Below, in pieces: positions 25,201 through 47,753 of a DNA stretch of 64,000 nucleotides. Source of the DNA: Trichinella spiralis (lineage: Eukaryota); the NCBI RefSeq assembly GCF_000181795.1, contig NW_003526940.1:2531502-2595501 (forward strand). The letters are read 5' to 3'. The position numbers and the translations under genes were made by a program. Each line of letters begins with the position of its first letter. The stretch's first letter is position 1. The notes under the pieces were generated by a model, which ran no database searches, had not been told where the DNA came from, and was given only the letters and a program-made list of their open reading frames with translations.

Positions 25201-27718
25201 TATAATTATCATTTATTTAAATTATCACTAATTATTCAGTTGAAAATTCACAACATCTTTCTACATTTATGTATATGAGATGAGACGTCAATAAAATATT
25301 CAAACACTAATAATTGGTACTGTAAAAAAAGCATGTAGCTCCGAATCTTATTCTTGTATATCTTATGTATGGGTGTGGGTGTCAGAATATATGCATATCA
25401 GTTAATTTAGATAATCACTACTTTAACTGTATGTTTGTCACCGATAGACAAAAAGACATTTAAATAGATAAAATCATTTGTATGAAGTAATAATTTAATA
25501 TGCATTTATATTTCAGTAGTAATAATCAGTTTAATTTAATTTCTAAAATTGTATTTTTTAAATGTAGTTTCTCAAGTTTTACTTTTAAACTGTATTTTAA
25601 ACTTATATGTATTGTAACTTGCATGCATTTTAAACAAGCTATTTTTTGAAAATATAATATATAAAAACTATATATATGTATATCATGAAATATAGCTTTT
25701 TTATCTTGTGAAAATATTCAGATGAAACACTGAAATATATAAATCAATTTTGTTCTTTTTATTTTTTAGGTCAAATCCGTCGCGTTCTAGAAGATGATGG
25801 GTTGCTGTACCAAGTAGGTGCCTGGCACTGAGCCCTTTGCATAACTCATCATATGAGGTGTCTCAGGTGGAAATTGTGGGATTTAGCAGTAGTAGGCTTT
25901 GTAAAATTCCATTTCAATGAAAATTGTGCAATATTAATTGACTAGCTTATTGTGCGTTGCTAGGCATTGGTAGATTGAAATTAAAATAAGGTTAATAATT
26001 TACAGCTTTAATCAATATGTAAAAGATAGTATGGCTGTTTTAGATTTATTTTAATTTTAATTAAAAAGGAAATAACTTACTTTAAAAGTAACATATTTAG
26101 AAGTAATAATTAATTTTCTTATGAAACATTTCAAGTGATGTAGAAAAATGTTGCTTGTCGAAGATGAAAAAGATGTAGAACATCAGTTACATAATAGGTT
26201 AACTGTGCAATTTGAGATATTTATTTAAATTAATTATTAAAATCCACAGAGAATATTTAATTTGAACTGATTTTCAATATAAATTTTTTACTTTATGGCA
26301 TCTACATACATACTTACATATGTAAATGTGTGTGCATATATACATGTAATAAAATAAAAAATAAATTATCTCAATAATGAAATTTTAAAAGAATTGTAAT
26401 GCTACTTTTTGTATGTGTAGTTTGCAAGACAATAAGATGGTGATTTCAAATTTATTATAATTGTGATGTTGAAGTAATAATTATCGATTGATTGACTGAT
26501 TGATATTTACGCAAATGTAAAAGGTGCAAATAGATGTTGATGAATTATGATCAAATGAAGTGAGACTACTTTTACTTTCACAAATGACAGCATTTTCAAA
26601 TTGTATTTGAAGACCACCTGTTTTTGATCCAATAGTTATTCATAATTAAGGGCTGAAAATATTCTTTTCACATCAAAAATTAAAATATTCTTTCAATGAA
26701 ATTTGATACAATTGTTTTATACATTTAATTTTGGTGGTTTTGGCCAAATTATAATGAGATCTGTCAGCGGCGAAGTTATTTAATTATTCAATTAGACTGA
26801 ACATACTGAGCGATGTTTTTCATTGAATCTCACTTCAAGGAGAGTGATGAAGCTGGACAAGTCGATAATTTTTCCCTTTGTGGACAGTTTTGGCAACTCG
26901 CCAATGGACAGTTACCCCGAAGCTCTCGCGTTGGTTCCTCTTCACGGATCATTTCAATCTGCAAAATTTCTGATTGACTCTCCATCTAGATGTTGTTCGC
27001 TTTTATCCCCATCTTTAACCGCCTTATTTATCTAATTGAAATCCACGTATTGAATGTAAATTGCGTCGATAAACCGTGCGAATCGTAATTTTATAATTTG
27101 CCGGTGTCCATCTGTGTCGTTACGCTTACGGAACACAACCGACGCCTGCCATCCTGATGATGCTTCTTAATTTATTTGATTATACTTTTTCTTTTCCGCA
27201 CTTTCTGATNNNNNNNNNNTCGTTTCATGGAAACAAATTGTGGCGCCTCCCATGTGGAGTTTTGGATTTGTTACTGCATGCGGGTATATTTGCACGGATG
27301 ATAGTTTCCAGCTTTTTTTTGCAAAAAGAAAAATCAAAAGAAAGATTTGCTTTTTTTTTCAATACAGTAATTATAAATGTTGAAGGTGGGTGAACCGTGA
27401 TTGGAATGATTTATATGTTCGGACCTTTCAAAATTGGTTATTTCACGCCCCACTGGATGGAGTCCATTTTTGCACAATTGAGCATGATGTGTGTGTAATT
27501 AGGGGGCAGTTAGTTTGGTTGTTTTGTCGGGTATAAATTTGGGCATAAAATGGAAAAATGTTCAATTTGATGATGGACAGACAGACGACCCCGGAAAGAA
27601 GAAAAAGAAATGACCAGACCAAGTGGTGAGAAAGCAAACGCTCCATTGACCTGAAGTGGGATGCAATTCTCATCATCAGATAAGGATATCGGCTCCGTTT
27701 GATTTGGAAAATAGAAAA

Positions 27719-36462
<8,744 letters not shown>

Positions 36463-38032
36463 TTTTTTTAATATAACAGAAATTATACACGTTGGATTAT
36501 ACAGTTTTCTCAACTGAATTTTACATTATAATCATTTTTGTTTTAGATATATATTCACTGAAATTTTTTTAGTTCTTTTTAATGTTAAGAATTTTTGTAG
36601 TTTTGTCACTTTACAAATATTTCCACAAGACATGTCGAGAATTATTCAGTAAAACTTTTCAAAGTTTTCCTTCCTTTGTCATATTAGCTCCTTCAAATAT
36701 TCAGTTCACTAGTTTAATCTCATTCAAAAATACACAAACCCGCATGCAAAGGTGAAAACATTAATGGTCAATTTATAAATGAATAAATAAACAAATTTGT
36801 TTGTCATTTATGAATCCACGAAAAGCATTATGTTATACTGCTTCTATTGCTAATTATAAAAATAAAATTGCTGAAGGTTTAGGCAGAAATGTTGAAATAT
36901 AACTTGAAATATATTTCTGGTATCTTCGCAAAAAGCGAACGCATATGCAAACTATTTGTATTAAATGCAAGTTAAGCTTCTAGAAAGACACTAGATTAAA
37001 ATTACTTGCAAATATTTATTTCCAGATTGGTATTAAATTCATTTTTATTGCTATTCGCCTTGCTTTCATGATTTAAAAATTTGTATTTTTTTATTTATTA
37101 TTACAATCAGAAAATTTTCCAACTCTAATTTTGCAATTCACAGTGAAGCAAAGTACAAGTGAAACAAACGTTACGGACCAGTAATTTGCAATGAAAATTT
37201 AACAAATATGTAATTTTACTGATATTTTAAACTAGAATAGTAGTTAACTAAAATATTAATGACCCTGGCATAAATTACTTATTTTTAAAATAATTTATTT
37301 TTGCTGACAGAAAGTATATGACAAACCTTTGTGAGAAACTACTTAACGATAGTTAATATGATAAAAAACCATCTGTTTAGATTTATATTGCTTAAGATTC
37401 ATTTTTAAGATATCTCTAATAAAGTTGTCATAATTTATTTGAATCTTAATTATTTAAATAACCAGTTGAAAAATCTATTCATTATGCTTTGATGTATTTG
37501 AAAATTAGTGCAATTAATAAAATGCAGTCATTTTATTAATTTTTCATAAATCATAGCAAAACTATTTGTAAATAATTCAGGTATTTTGCGTTTTTGCATT
37601 TTATTTTATACATTTCTTTATTTTTCTTTGTTTAATGGATTTGGTTAGCTCTACTGTAAGCTATTTATTATATTTGGATGCAAATGTCAAAGAAATTTGG
37701 CATTCTGTATACTGTGATTCAGCCAGTTATTTGTAAATTATGCTCCATAATAAGTTTGCAATTAAAATGATCCTTTCAAAATAAAATGTTTTTATTGCTG
37801 ATTAATTTTTTTAATCATAATTTTTGTTATACTTATGTAAATAATTATATATGCAAAGAAACTGAACATTTACAATTTATGATGCCATTCTAACAATAAA
37901 GCGTGCTCTATATGCGCATTTTCTACATCGGACCACAATATCGGATACAATTTGATCGAATTTAAATTTGATAGAACTAATAACTATTTTTGGGTAAATG
38001 TATTACCCATTCTAACTGCAGCATTAAACAGC

Positions 38033-41000
38033 TTAAAAAGGAATCTTCAGTGCAGCAACGACATCTTCAATCTTTTGATTTTTTGTCTCCGGGACAAATT
38101 TATATGTGAACAACCAAAACACTGCCAACGTACCAACAAATACCAAAAATGTATACTCTTCCAAGGCATTCTAAATGTTACAGAAACATCTTACACAAAA
38201 AATAAAAATTTTAAATTATACTTATTAATGTAAATAAATCGAGAGAATAGCTATTTTGATTAGCTTGCAATGGCATCATCTGTAAATTAAAAATTAAAAA
38301 TTATGCTTTGATTTTTTGTCTGTTTTTCAGATGTTAATGTTAATAAATATTTATTGCTGCTCACTTGTTTACAAGTAACACTTAGTTTAGTCCCTTATTT
38401 GTTTAGAATAAATAAGGAAATGAATTGTTTTGATTTTTAAAATTATGCATTCAAGTGTATGATGCATGAAAGATCTGAATTCAACTCTTGCTGTTCGATT
38501 GGAAATAAATAACACGTGTTTGCCTTTATTATGCTATGATGATTTAAAATGCAGAAATTAATCATCCATTGTAAACTTACCGCCATCAGAGGGAAAATCC
38601 AGCCTACAAGAAATGACGACATCCAATTCGCAGACGCAGCAATAGCATTTGCATATCCTCTTGCGTTTTGCAAAAATATTTCATTAGTGTAAAACCAGGG
38701 GATTGAACCTACAATCACAAAATAATTATCTTACATTTGAAAGTGAATACATCCAACGATGTTGAACTTGCTTGGTCCAACTGCAAAAAATACAACAAAC
38801 AGGAAAACAAAACAAATGCACATGTAAGAAATCCAATTTCGGTTCTGTTTCTGAAAACAAGCAGATCAGTTTTCAATGCTTTCTTAACTGTACTATATAT
38901 GCAAATACCATATAAATTATTGATACACTTAGCGCAATACATGATATCCACATGCCACCCAAACCAATTAATTGCAACATACGTCGGCCGGCTTTATCAA
39001 TCAATACAGCAGATACAATAGTCATTAATACGTTTATTAAACCAACTCCTAACGTTGCGAACTGAGCGTTTGTTTCACTTAAGCCAGCTCCATCCATGAA
39101 TATTTTTGTTGAGTAAAATAAAACCTCGAAAGAAAATGAACAATAATTTTGTATATTGATGTGGAAACCTTTTAAAATGTCGTGAAGCAAAAATTAATAC
39201 AGGCTATTAATTCGAAATTAATTAATTGGTTAGAAATTTAATTTCTCATTTGCAACAGATTATGAAATCGGTTAATTTGAAAATCACCACGTACAGCGTT
39301 AATGCCGGAAAACTGTTGCGAAAACATCATCATGATGGATATGAATAATGCCCATCTTAAAATTCTGTCTCGGAACATGTCCAAAAACAGCACCTGAAGG
39401 CCAACCGGAAAGTTTAGCTATTATTATTCATTATCACAAATAACATACTTTAGGAGTTGCAGTGGCTGCGTTCATTTCATATTGAATTGCTTCAATTTCA
39501 CTATTAACATTCTCAACTTGACGCAATTTTTGCAAATCTGCAAGTTCAAAATTTGTCAAATTTAAATTTATTATGAAACAAAAATATATTTAAAAAAATA
39601 TAATCTATTTCTTTAAAATTAAACAGAAAAAATAAATAATAAATGCATAACCATATTTCTTGAAGAATATTATTGAAGTAGTGCTTAGAACAGCAAGTGA
39701 ATTTGTTTTTAATTTACAATAATGACCTACGCGTTTATTACCTTTTTGAACCTTTTCCATACTGCTTCCATGAGCTATTAAGTATTTTGGACTTTCAGGG
39801 CAAAATGGCAAAGAACATAATTGAAAAATCGCAGGAATTGCAATTATATCTAAATGTAATTTTGTAAATGAGAGAAAATTTTTACAACGAACTGTAAAAG
39901 ATTTTCTTGCAAAATAGGATTGGCCAGTTCTCTTTCGATCCTAGAACAGCTTCTAAGCCAAGTATTTGTGCCAGGAGGATAGCAATGCTGACTACCAACT
40001 GATTGAAAGTACCAAGCATGCCTCTTAGCTTGATTGGAGATATTTCTGTCAAGTACATTGGGCACAGAGCACTGCTTATTCCTATATATACATAAATGCT
40101 GTTACGTTAAAGTTTTCTCACAAAATGGGCTGAATAATCCGCTGTGCGTATGTATTCATCATAAGCTTAATTTAATCTAAATATCTTACCAGTATATTTT
40201 TAATTATTCTGATAAGATGTTATTAGAATTCTTTTAATATTAATGCAGCAGATTATAAAAATTTATGAAAATTATAAACTATATTACATACAACATGATA
40301 GAAAATGAGTGTAGTTGCTAAAATTAGCAAACTAGCTAGTCTAATATTAAAAATAAAAGCAAAAAAAGAACATTACATACCACAGTTGATTCCAATAACA
40401 AAACGACCAACTATTAAACAAATATATGAAGTTGTGTATTGTGTTACTGACATAACACTGACCGCCAAAATTGCAAAAATATTATTAAGCAGCATGCCAT
40501 TTCGACTAGAATCAAAACAAATAAATTGCACTTAACATTCAAAAATTAAAAAAAATGAAATTTTTATAAATAATTTAATTTATAATCACTGTTAAAAATT
40601 AATTAATTTTTACCGTCCAACTTTATCTGCAACAAGCCCTGACAACATTCCACCGATGAATCCACCAAATGGAAAAATGCCCACAATTAATGCCCAAACA
40701 CTGTCCATCTTTGATTGAGTCCAAGTTTGATTTTTTTCTATTAATGTTTCATTGATCCATTGTTCAATTACCTAAACAAGGAATGATATCTCTTTTTCTG
40801 TTTAGTTATTATTCAAATTTTAAAATTTCCCATCAAACATGTGCATGTTCAAAAATTCATCGCTCAATTAACGTACAACTTGGGGGGTATTGATTACAGC
40901 AATGTTGTATCCAAAAATGAAAGAGCATCCAAAAGTTGCGGCAAATATAGAAAACGCAAGCCAACACGTCAATTGGTCCTAAAATAAAAACTACCATACG

Positions 41001-41431
41001 CAAATAAATATATAAAATGCATATTATATTTGAAATTAAAAAATTAATATTATTAATAGGAAACGTTTAATAAATTTTAAATGAAAAAAATATTCGCATT
41101 CATGCCATGCACTGCATGCAGCAGTATTGGTAAAAATTTAGAAGAATGAATAAAATTACAAAAATAGCATTGTTATTGCTTGAATATTATTTTTCCCATT
41201 TCAAATTCATATTCACAATGTTCATATAATAAGAGAGGCTTAATTTTCTTTTTCCTAATGAAGAATAAATTTTAAATAATGTAATCAAATATTGTGTGTC
41301 ACATTTCGCATAGAATATCGCATAACGCTGTGCTTCAACTAAATTTTAACTTTTCAAATGCCATGGTAACTGAATTTCAAGCACAATTGTGTCTGTCATA
41401 AAAATTGTCTACTCTGAGTTGAACTCACCAT
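38033..41431 (-). CDS. Facilitated glucose transporter (SLC2A/GLUT family), paralog A
   Basis: FGYNIAVIN, DKVGRRNG, MYLTEISP..RG, PESPKYL, QQFSGINA, DKAGRR, SIPW, VPETKN motifs across GT/GC-AG exons. Probable ATG at 41431 directly followed by a GTGAGT donor. Confidence 0.9.
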
Positions 41432-43391
41432 GAATAGTTGATAAGGTAATTATTTGCAAATAAGCAATGGAAGGTGTCAAATTTTTTTCAATTTATGTAG
41501 CACCTGATTTAAAAAGTTTATTATTAATTAAAATGTTCTATTAATAATAATTAATTAATATTCTAATTTGTATATATGTATATATATATGTATGGTTTTC
41601 AAAATATGCATGCCATTTAAATTTAATTAACTTAACAAGTGTTATAACATTTAAGAGAAAAGTGTAATATTTGAAAATTTGAAAATGAACAACACTGCAT
41701 TCAAATTTATCAAGCAGAAAGACATACCAGATAAAAAGATAATTTTATTTGTAAAACAAATTATTCAAATACTCAATAAAATTTTAAAAAATATTCAAAA
41801 AATTTTATGATTTGATAAATTTATTAAAAATTATTCATAAGATTACCATTCTCTATATATACGTATATGCATATGCATATGTATTAAATCTTGTGCGGTG
41901 GATGCCAACAAAGAAAACTACGTCAATGTTGCCAGTTCGTCAGTGAACAAGACGACGCTGTAAACAATTAAGCACGCAGCAACGAATAAACATTTCAACC
42001 GTATTATTCTTTGGCAAAAGGGGTACAAATGTCATTTACTTGATAAACCTTTATTTAAGCAATTATTATTAACGGCAGGGAAAATAATTCAAGCGAAAAA
42101 TATTATTACATCAGTGTTTCTTTTCTTTTCTTTTCTTTTTTGTTATGTTTTGTTTTTATAAAATTAAAACTGAAACCCAGTGAAACTCTCATCAATAATT
42201 TATTAGGTCGCTTTTATCAATGGAATCAACTTTTATACTTTTACGATACACTTTCACCCATTGCCGGTTTAATCAACTTGAAAAGGTTTAATCGTTACTT
42301 CTTGATCGAATTCTTTAATCAATCAATGATTTCAATGTCATTTCATATTTCCCTTTTCTATAACGTTTCTTTGTTGTTTCATTACTTTAATGAACTTTTA
42401 AGAGCACAAAGTTAACTCTTCCACGATTCTCAGTTTCAACTTTTTACACTCTTTAAAATTCACTTCAATTCACTTTACTGTTCAAAATTTTAATTCACTT
42501 TCGACATTCAAGTTCAATTCACTAGACAGGACACTAGACAGTACTAGACTACAGTAACAGTAGGGAACAGAAAATCCACCGCACATTTACAGAAAAATCA
42601 AATAACTGTTTCATTACAGCAAATTGCATACGAATGATCATGCCTAATAAATACTGTAGTGTATGTACATTACACAAGATAAACGGCCCACAATCACGAT
42701 GAAAATCACATCGTCCATGATTTTTTATTGGTCTGGTCGTATTACATTCTTATACACAACTTCAAACCACTGTTCACCAGTGTCTGAAAACGTACATCAC
42801 TTTATTTTATTGAATCTTGCCGTATTTCCCCATTGTGACCACTATGGGGGCGAGTATCAGACGTGCCCACATGTTGACTTCTGGGGTTTCCCAAAAAAAA
42901 TGTCTTCAAATTGAAAAAGCCGCTGTAATGCGTACACATGATTATCTGCTATGCCGATATTAACTGATGATGCTTCCAAAGTAGTCTGACTAACGCAGTG
43001 GCCACCAGTAAATTCACATCCTCAATTCTGACATCTCTGGAATGCATAACGCTTCCATTCAACTGCATCAACCAAATGCTTTGCTGCACTGCATATGCTA
43101 CGCATATGCATGATTTGACGAGCTTATCAGCGTTATTTGTTCAGAAAGGGCGCTTCTTGAAGCATTCTGCGGCCTCTACCAGACTATGATGACAAGACAT
43201 GTGTGATGACTACGACAAATGGAGCACGTTTCCATCGATTTGATATTCATCTACAGCCCGGCAAAGGTTCCAAACTGACTTCTAACAGGATTGTTTCATC
43301 TTTGGTGAATTGAAGATTTCTTAACAGCTTCCTGTTATATGTATGCCATTTCTACCGATTTTGCAATTCTATCATGCAAGCATCCATAGAT

Positions 43392-44635
43392 CAGTGGATC
43401 TCAACATGTGACAGGGCACGCTCCACCCCCTTAATAAAAGATGTACAGTTAATGCCCCCCTCTAAAAAAGTTGTGCTGTATGTATTCTGTGTACGCAAAG
43501 CAAATTTTTGCTTCATGACTGCAGCAAGCCAAGCTAGTTTTCACAGTAAAACATTCAATGGTCATTTGTGACGATGCTGCGTATTCATGGGGCAGTGGGC
43601 GACAAGGTACATCGCAAGTCGCTTTCAACGTTTAACCTGTTGCGGTGCTGCATGTTAAGTGCCATGAGCGCTGAGAATCCCGTTTCACAAAAGTGCATTG
43701 AGGAGAAGGGAACCAATATACGTAAGATTTGTGAATTATTTTATGATATTCAGCTTGTAATTTTACCAAAAAACTTTCTAACGCATAAGGATGTTGAATT
43801 CCGATTCCATGGATCCTTCTTGAAGATAATGTGGGAAATACATGTTCGACGATCATTAGCCAAGAATGGATTTCTCACAAGTTTATAGATCAGGTGTTGA
43901 GTTTCCACGTCATGAAAATAGTGGAGAAACTCATCTTGTAGACTTGTAAAGTGCGCTATGATTTTTCTTTTCAAATATTCGCTAAGACATTCATCATTGA
44001 AAAGTTCGTTTAGTCTTGAAAACCATGTAAAATTTCCTGATTAAACTTGTCTTAACCATGAAGAAATTTTGGCAACAAAGCCTTGAACAATATCGTAGTG
44101 AACTATCCCATTCGTGTTTTTCCCTTAAAGCTTCAAATTAAATGAATTCGGTGCTTCAAAAATATCTGCAAGATATGTCAGGTTAAATGAAATAAATAAA
44201 CAGAAAATATGCACACATATAACAACAAGAGTTGGTGTTGTCGCGATGGTGAACGAAGGAAAGAATGAAAAAATGTGACGATCCACTTCAGGTAAATTTT
44301 TCACCGCCTTCTTGTGTAAGCCCTTAGATAAAATACGGCTTTGTTCTATAAGTTTCATATGATGCATAGGTCAATGTCAGAAATTATTCACGTCTCTCAT
44401 CACAAAGGTTGAATTGGTAAAGGCAATTTTAGTATAAAAGTAAATGATAAACTGCCCGCAACAGAAGCTGTTAAGCTACAACTAAGATGACCAGAAAGAA
44501 AAGGCAGCCAAAATTTAGCCTGAAGTAGACCAAACCAAATTTATAACACCTCTGCAGGACTGAAACTTCTTGATTCCGACGCATCCCCTCCCTTCCGCTA
44601 GAACCTTCCTACGCCCCCCTGGTTGAGAAACACTG
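43392..44635 (-). mobile_element. Internally deleted hAT transposon of the Buster/Charlie group (1244 bp)
   Basis: TIRs CAGTGGATCTCAAC (43392) and CAGTGTTTCTCAAC (reverse strand, 44635). Perfect 8-bp TSD CCATAGAT with central TA (43384-43391, 44636-44643). Confidence 0.93.
43560..44190 (-). pseudogene. Buster/ZBED5-like transposase C-terminal fragment with stops and frameshifts
   Basis: LTYLADIFEAPNSFNLKL..., KIIAHFTSLQDEFLHYF..VRNPF, LRILVPFSSMHFCETGFSALMALNMQHRNRLNVESDLRCTLS. Confidence 0.9.
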
Positions 44636-44657
44636 CCATAGATGCATCCATACGCCC

Positions 44658-45010
44658 TGTTGGCGACAGAGATCTGTAGCCAACGAGGCAGTGGACTGTA
44701 GGTTTTTCTTTGGCGGCAGGTCAAATCAATTGTGATAGCCTAACCGCAATACCACCCACGTTCGTTCACGAACGTGTAACAAATAAGACAAACAAACAGC
44801 GGACACCGGTTTTATTCCACGAAAGTGAGAACTTATCAATGGACACAAATGAACAGAGACTAAACACCACACAGACACCAACGACAATCACACAGCACAG
44901 TAAGGATCGCTGACAAAACCGCAGCTTCTCTCTTACGCTTCCGCGTCACACTCACACAGTAACCCCCTACCGTAATGATTGTCAAGTATTGATGCCTTCA
45001 GTTTCCAACA
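44658..45010 (-). mobile_element. Solo LTR (TGTTGG...CCAACA, 353 bp), TSD CGCCC
   Basis: TG...CA ends with 6-bp inverted termini. 5-bp TSD at 44653-44657 and 45011-45015. AATAAA on the minus strand. Confidence 0.9.
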
Positions 45011-45172
45011 CGCCCAATTCAAAAGGAAAAAGCACAGTTTGTGAATTTTTTTTCACTTCCAATGTTCAAGTTGAATTCAAGTGATTTGGAAGAATTCTGG
45101 AAAACAGCAAACGGAAATTCGAGAGCACTTTCGCAGACGTTGACCGTGATCAACACCACTGTGCAAATTGCC

Positions 45173-45520
45173 TGTTGGAAACTGAAGGCATCAATACTTG
45201 ACAATCATTACAGTAGGGGGTTACTGTGGGCGTGTGACGCGGAAGTGTGAGGAAGCTGCGGTTTGGTGAGCGATCCTTACTGTGCTGTGTGATTGTCGTT
45301 GGTGTCTGTGTGGTGTTTAGTCTCTGTTCATTTGTGTCCATTGATAAGTTCTCACTTTCGTGGAATAAAACCGGTGTCCGCTGTTTGTTTGTCTTATTTG
45401 TTACACGTTCGTGAACGAACGTGGGTAGTATTGCGGTTAGGCTATCACAATTGATTTGACCTGCCGCCAGAAAAACCTACAGTCCACTGCCTCGTTGGCT
45501 ACAGATCTCTGTCGCCAACA
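45173..45520 (+). mobile_element. Solo LTR of the same family (348 bp), opposite orientation, TSD TTGCC
   Basis: Reverse complement of 44658-45010 with a few differences. TSD at 45168-45172 and 45521-45525. AATAAA at ~45364. Confidence 0.9.
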
Positions 45521-47753
45521 TTGCCGTATCTTCACCACTCCAGATACTTTAGCACATTTTATATTCGATCGAGTTTCCACGTGCCAGATGAACGAGATAC
45601 GGTGAATTAAATACACTTTAATCAACGAAAACACAATCCAACGCGCACCAGAACAAACTGAACATGCATTGGAATAAAGCTGTTACTGTAATAAAGTAGT
45701 CATCAAAACGTTACTTTGAAAACAAATTGTTCGCATCAAACCAAAAATACCTTGCAACAATAAACACACAAGCCAACTTATGTGTCCTGAACAACTTATC
45801 CATTACTTCTATTCTTGGTCATCGACAGTAGCATATACTGTAGTATCCGTATGCGCAAGTAGGAACACTAAAAAAGATTATAATTACAAAATTTGAAACA
45901 GTTCAATAAAAAATTAACATCTTGAAAATTTATAAAAAATTCAACACAAGAGTTTTTATAATTTTAATAGGACTTTTACATGCAATCAGTCACGAAGCAA
46001 AAAATTCAAAGAACTCTCTAAAACACGCAACAACCATAAAACGTAATTCCTTATGAACATAATTAAAAGTTAAATACATTTTTAATGTAAAAAATTAAAT
46101 TAATTTTTCATTATTTAAATTGATTGTTGATAAGCATGCTTCATGCCGAAAATTGCATGCAAAGCTTTCGTAATTCATGATTGCTAATTTTGCATTTTTT
46201 GAACGTAATGCTAAAAATAAAACAAAATTAACTTCAAGCATGCAAAAAATAATTGTTTTATAAATAAATCAGGAGTTATGAAAGCGAATTGAATAGATGA
46301 GAAATTTCCAAATGCGAGATTACGGTTTACACTTAATTTTCCTAAATACTGTCATTTAAATTTTCAGCATTTTTATCAGATGAATTTACAAAGAGGAAGG
46401 AATACTTATTAGTTTTTTCATGGTTTATTAAATGTTACTTGCTATAATGAAAATCGCATTTATAATCGATGTAAAATGTGATTACATTGAATTTTAAAGT
46501 TCCCCTCACGAATGTCTGGTCAACTTCAGTGAAAATGTAAAAATGGTTGAAATTTTTGCATATGCGAAAAAAACTTTATCTTACTGTGATCACAACGCAC
46601 GTTTCGATTGCATTGCCAATAGGCAACAATTTACATTGCTGATACAGTTTGACGATGATTTTATTCAATGTGAAGTTTCCATTTGTGACGCAAAATCACA
46701 AACTTGCACGTCTGCAGTCCTGTCGTATAAGTTGTTTTCTTTTGTAATGAAAAAAAAATGTCAAATTGAATACGTTGCCTTTTAGGCACTCTATTTCCCA
46801 TTGTTACTTTTCAACATCTGACCTATTACTTTTACAACAACAACACATTCACTCTTTTATTGAAAAAGAAAATTATCAATACCGTAGCCATTTTTTAAAA
46901 ATTTGATCAGTTTGCCCCAGACTTGTCGTGATTGCAAAAATTGAATACTTCAAAAAATAAATCATAAAGTACGTAAGCTGGAAAAAAAGTAAAACTTGGG
47001 GCGCAAATGTCATTGCAGCAACGTAAAGCATTGAATTGTAAACACGACCACGAACACAATCAACCACGTGCATAAACAGCTACAATTTAATTTCTCTCCT
47101 CTAAAAGAATATTTTCTAAAAAAGATACACAATTTCTGAAAATTATAAAATGAACATCATCATATATATATATATCACAGTTTTTAAATAATGAATAAAT
47201 ATGGAGATACAGATCGATATGGATATAGAAATAAGCTACTAATCGATATGGAAATAAAATACGACTGCAAATAATATGTAAACAGCTAATAAACATTAAA
47301 TGTTTTTAGAAAAAACAATAAAATCATATACATACATACATATGACAGTCTGAAGTGAAAATAATAATAATAATAATAATAGTTTGTGGGAAAAATTAAT
47401 GATTCACAAGCAGAAAGAAACGCTGCACAGTATTCATCACAATATCGATGGATAAATAGTTCGATGTCAATCAAAATCTCTGAAATCGAATATGCAGAAA
47501 AAGGTAAAAAAAGAACACTTTTTGCATGGCAGCAAATGAAAATGAAAAATGAAAAAATTACACAAGCAGCAATGCTAAGCAACCTGAATTAATAATGTTA
47601 TTGTTATCCACTTTGGTTGAAGAATATATTGAAAACAAGAGGAGAGTACTGTATATGTAAAAATAATTATTTCAGTTTTACAAAGATTATGCGTTTATGT
47701 AAATATTGGATGAAAACACACGTCCATTTTTGTCGCACAAAGTAATGACGTTT

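Larger units (their letters stand above)
42950..45680 (+). mobile_element. Old, decayed hAT transposase relic interrupted by three younger insertions
   Basis: Plus-strand pieces ILTDDASKVV (TDGA-like) and PNALLHCICYAY (CxxH-like). With the insertions removed, DLEEFWKT..LSQTLTVINTTVQIA|VSS..HQNKLN resembles the hATC dimerisation domain and stays in frame across the second LTR. Confidence 0.4.

Noticed and set aside
42112..42121. CAGTGTTTCT as the other hAT terminus
   Set aside because: No matching TSD; the true end is 43392 with TSD CCATAGAT.
44658..45520. Single MITE/foldback element with 350-bp TIRs
   Set aside because: No shared outer TSD; each arm has its own TSD and LTR termini.
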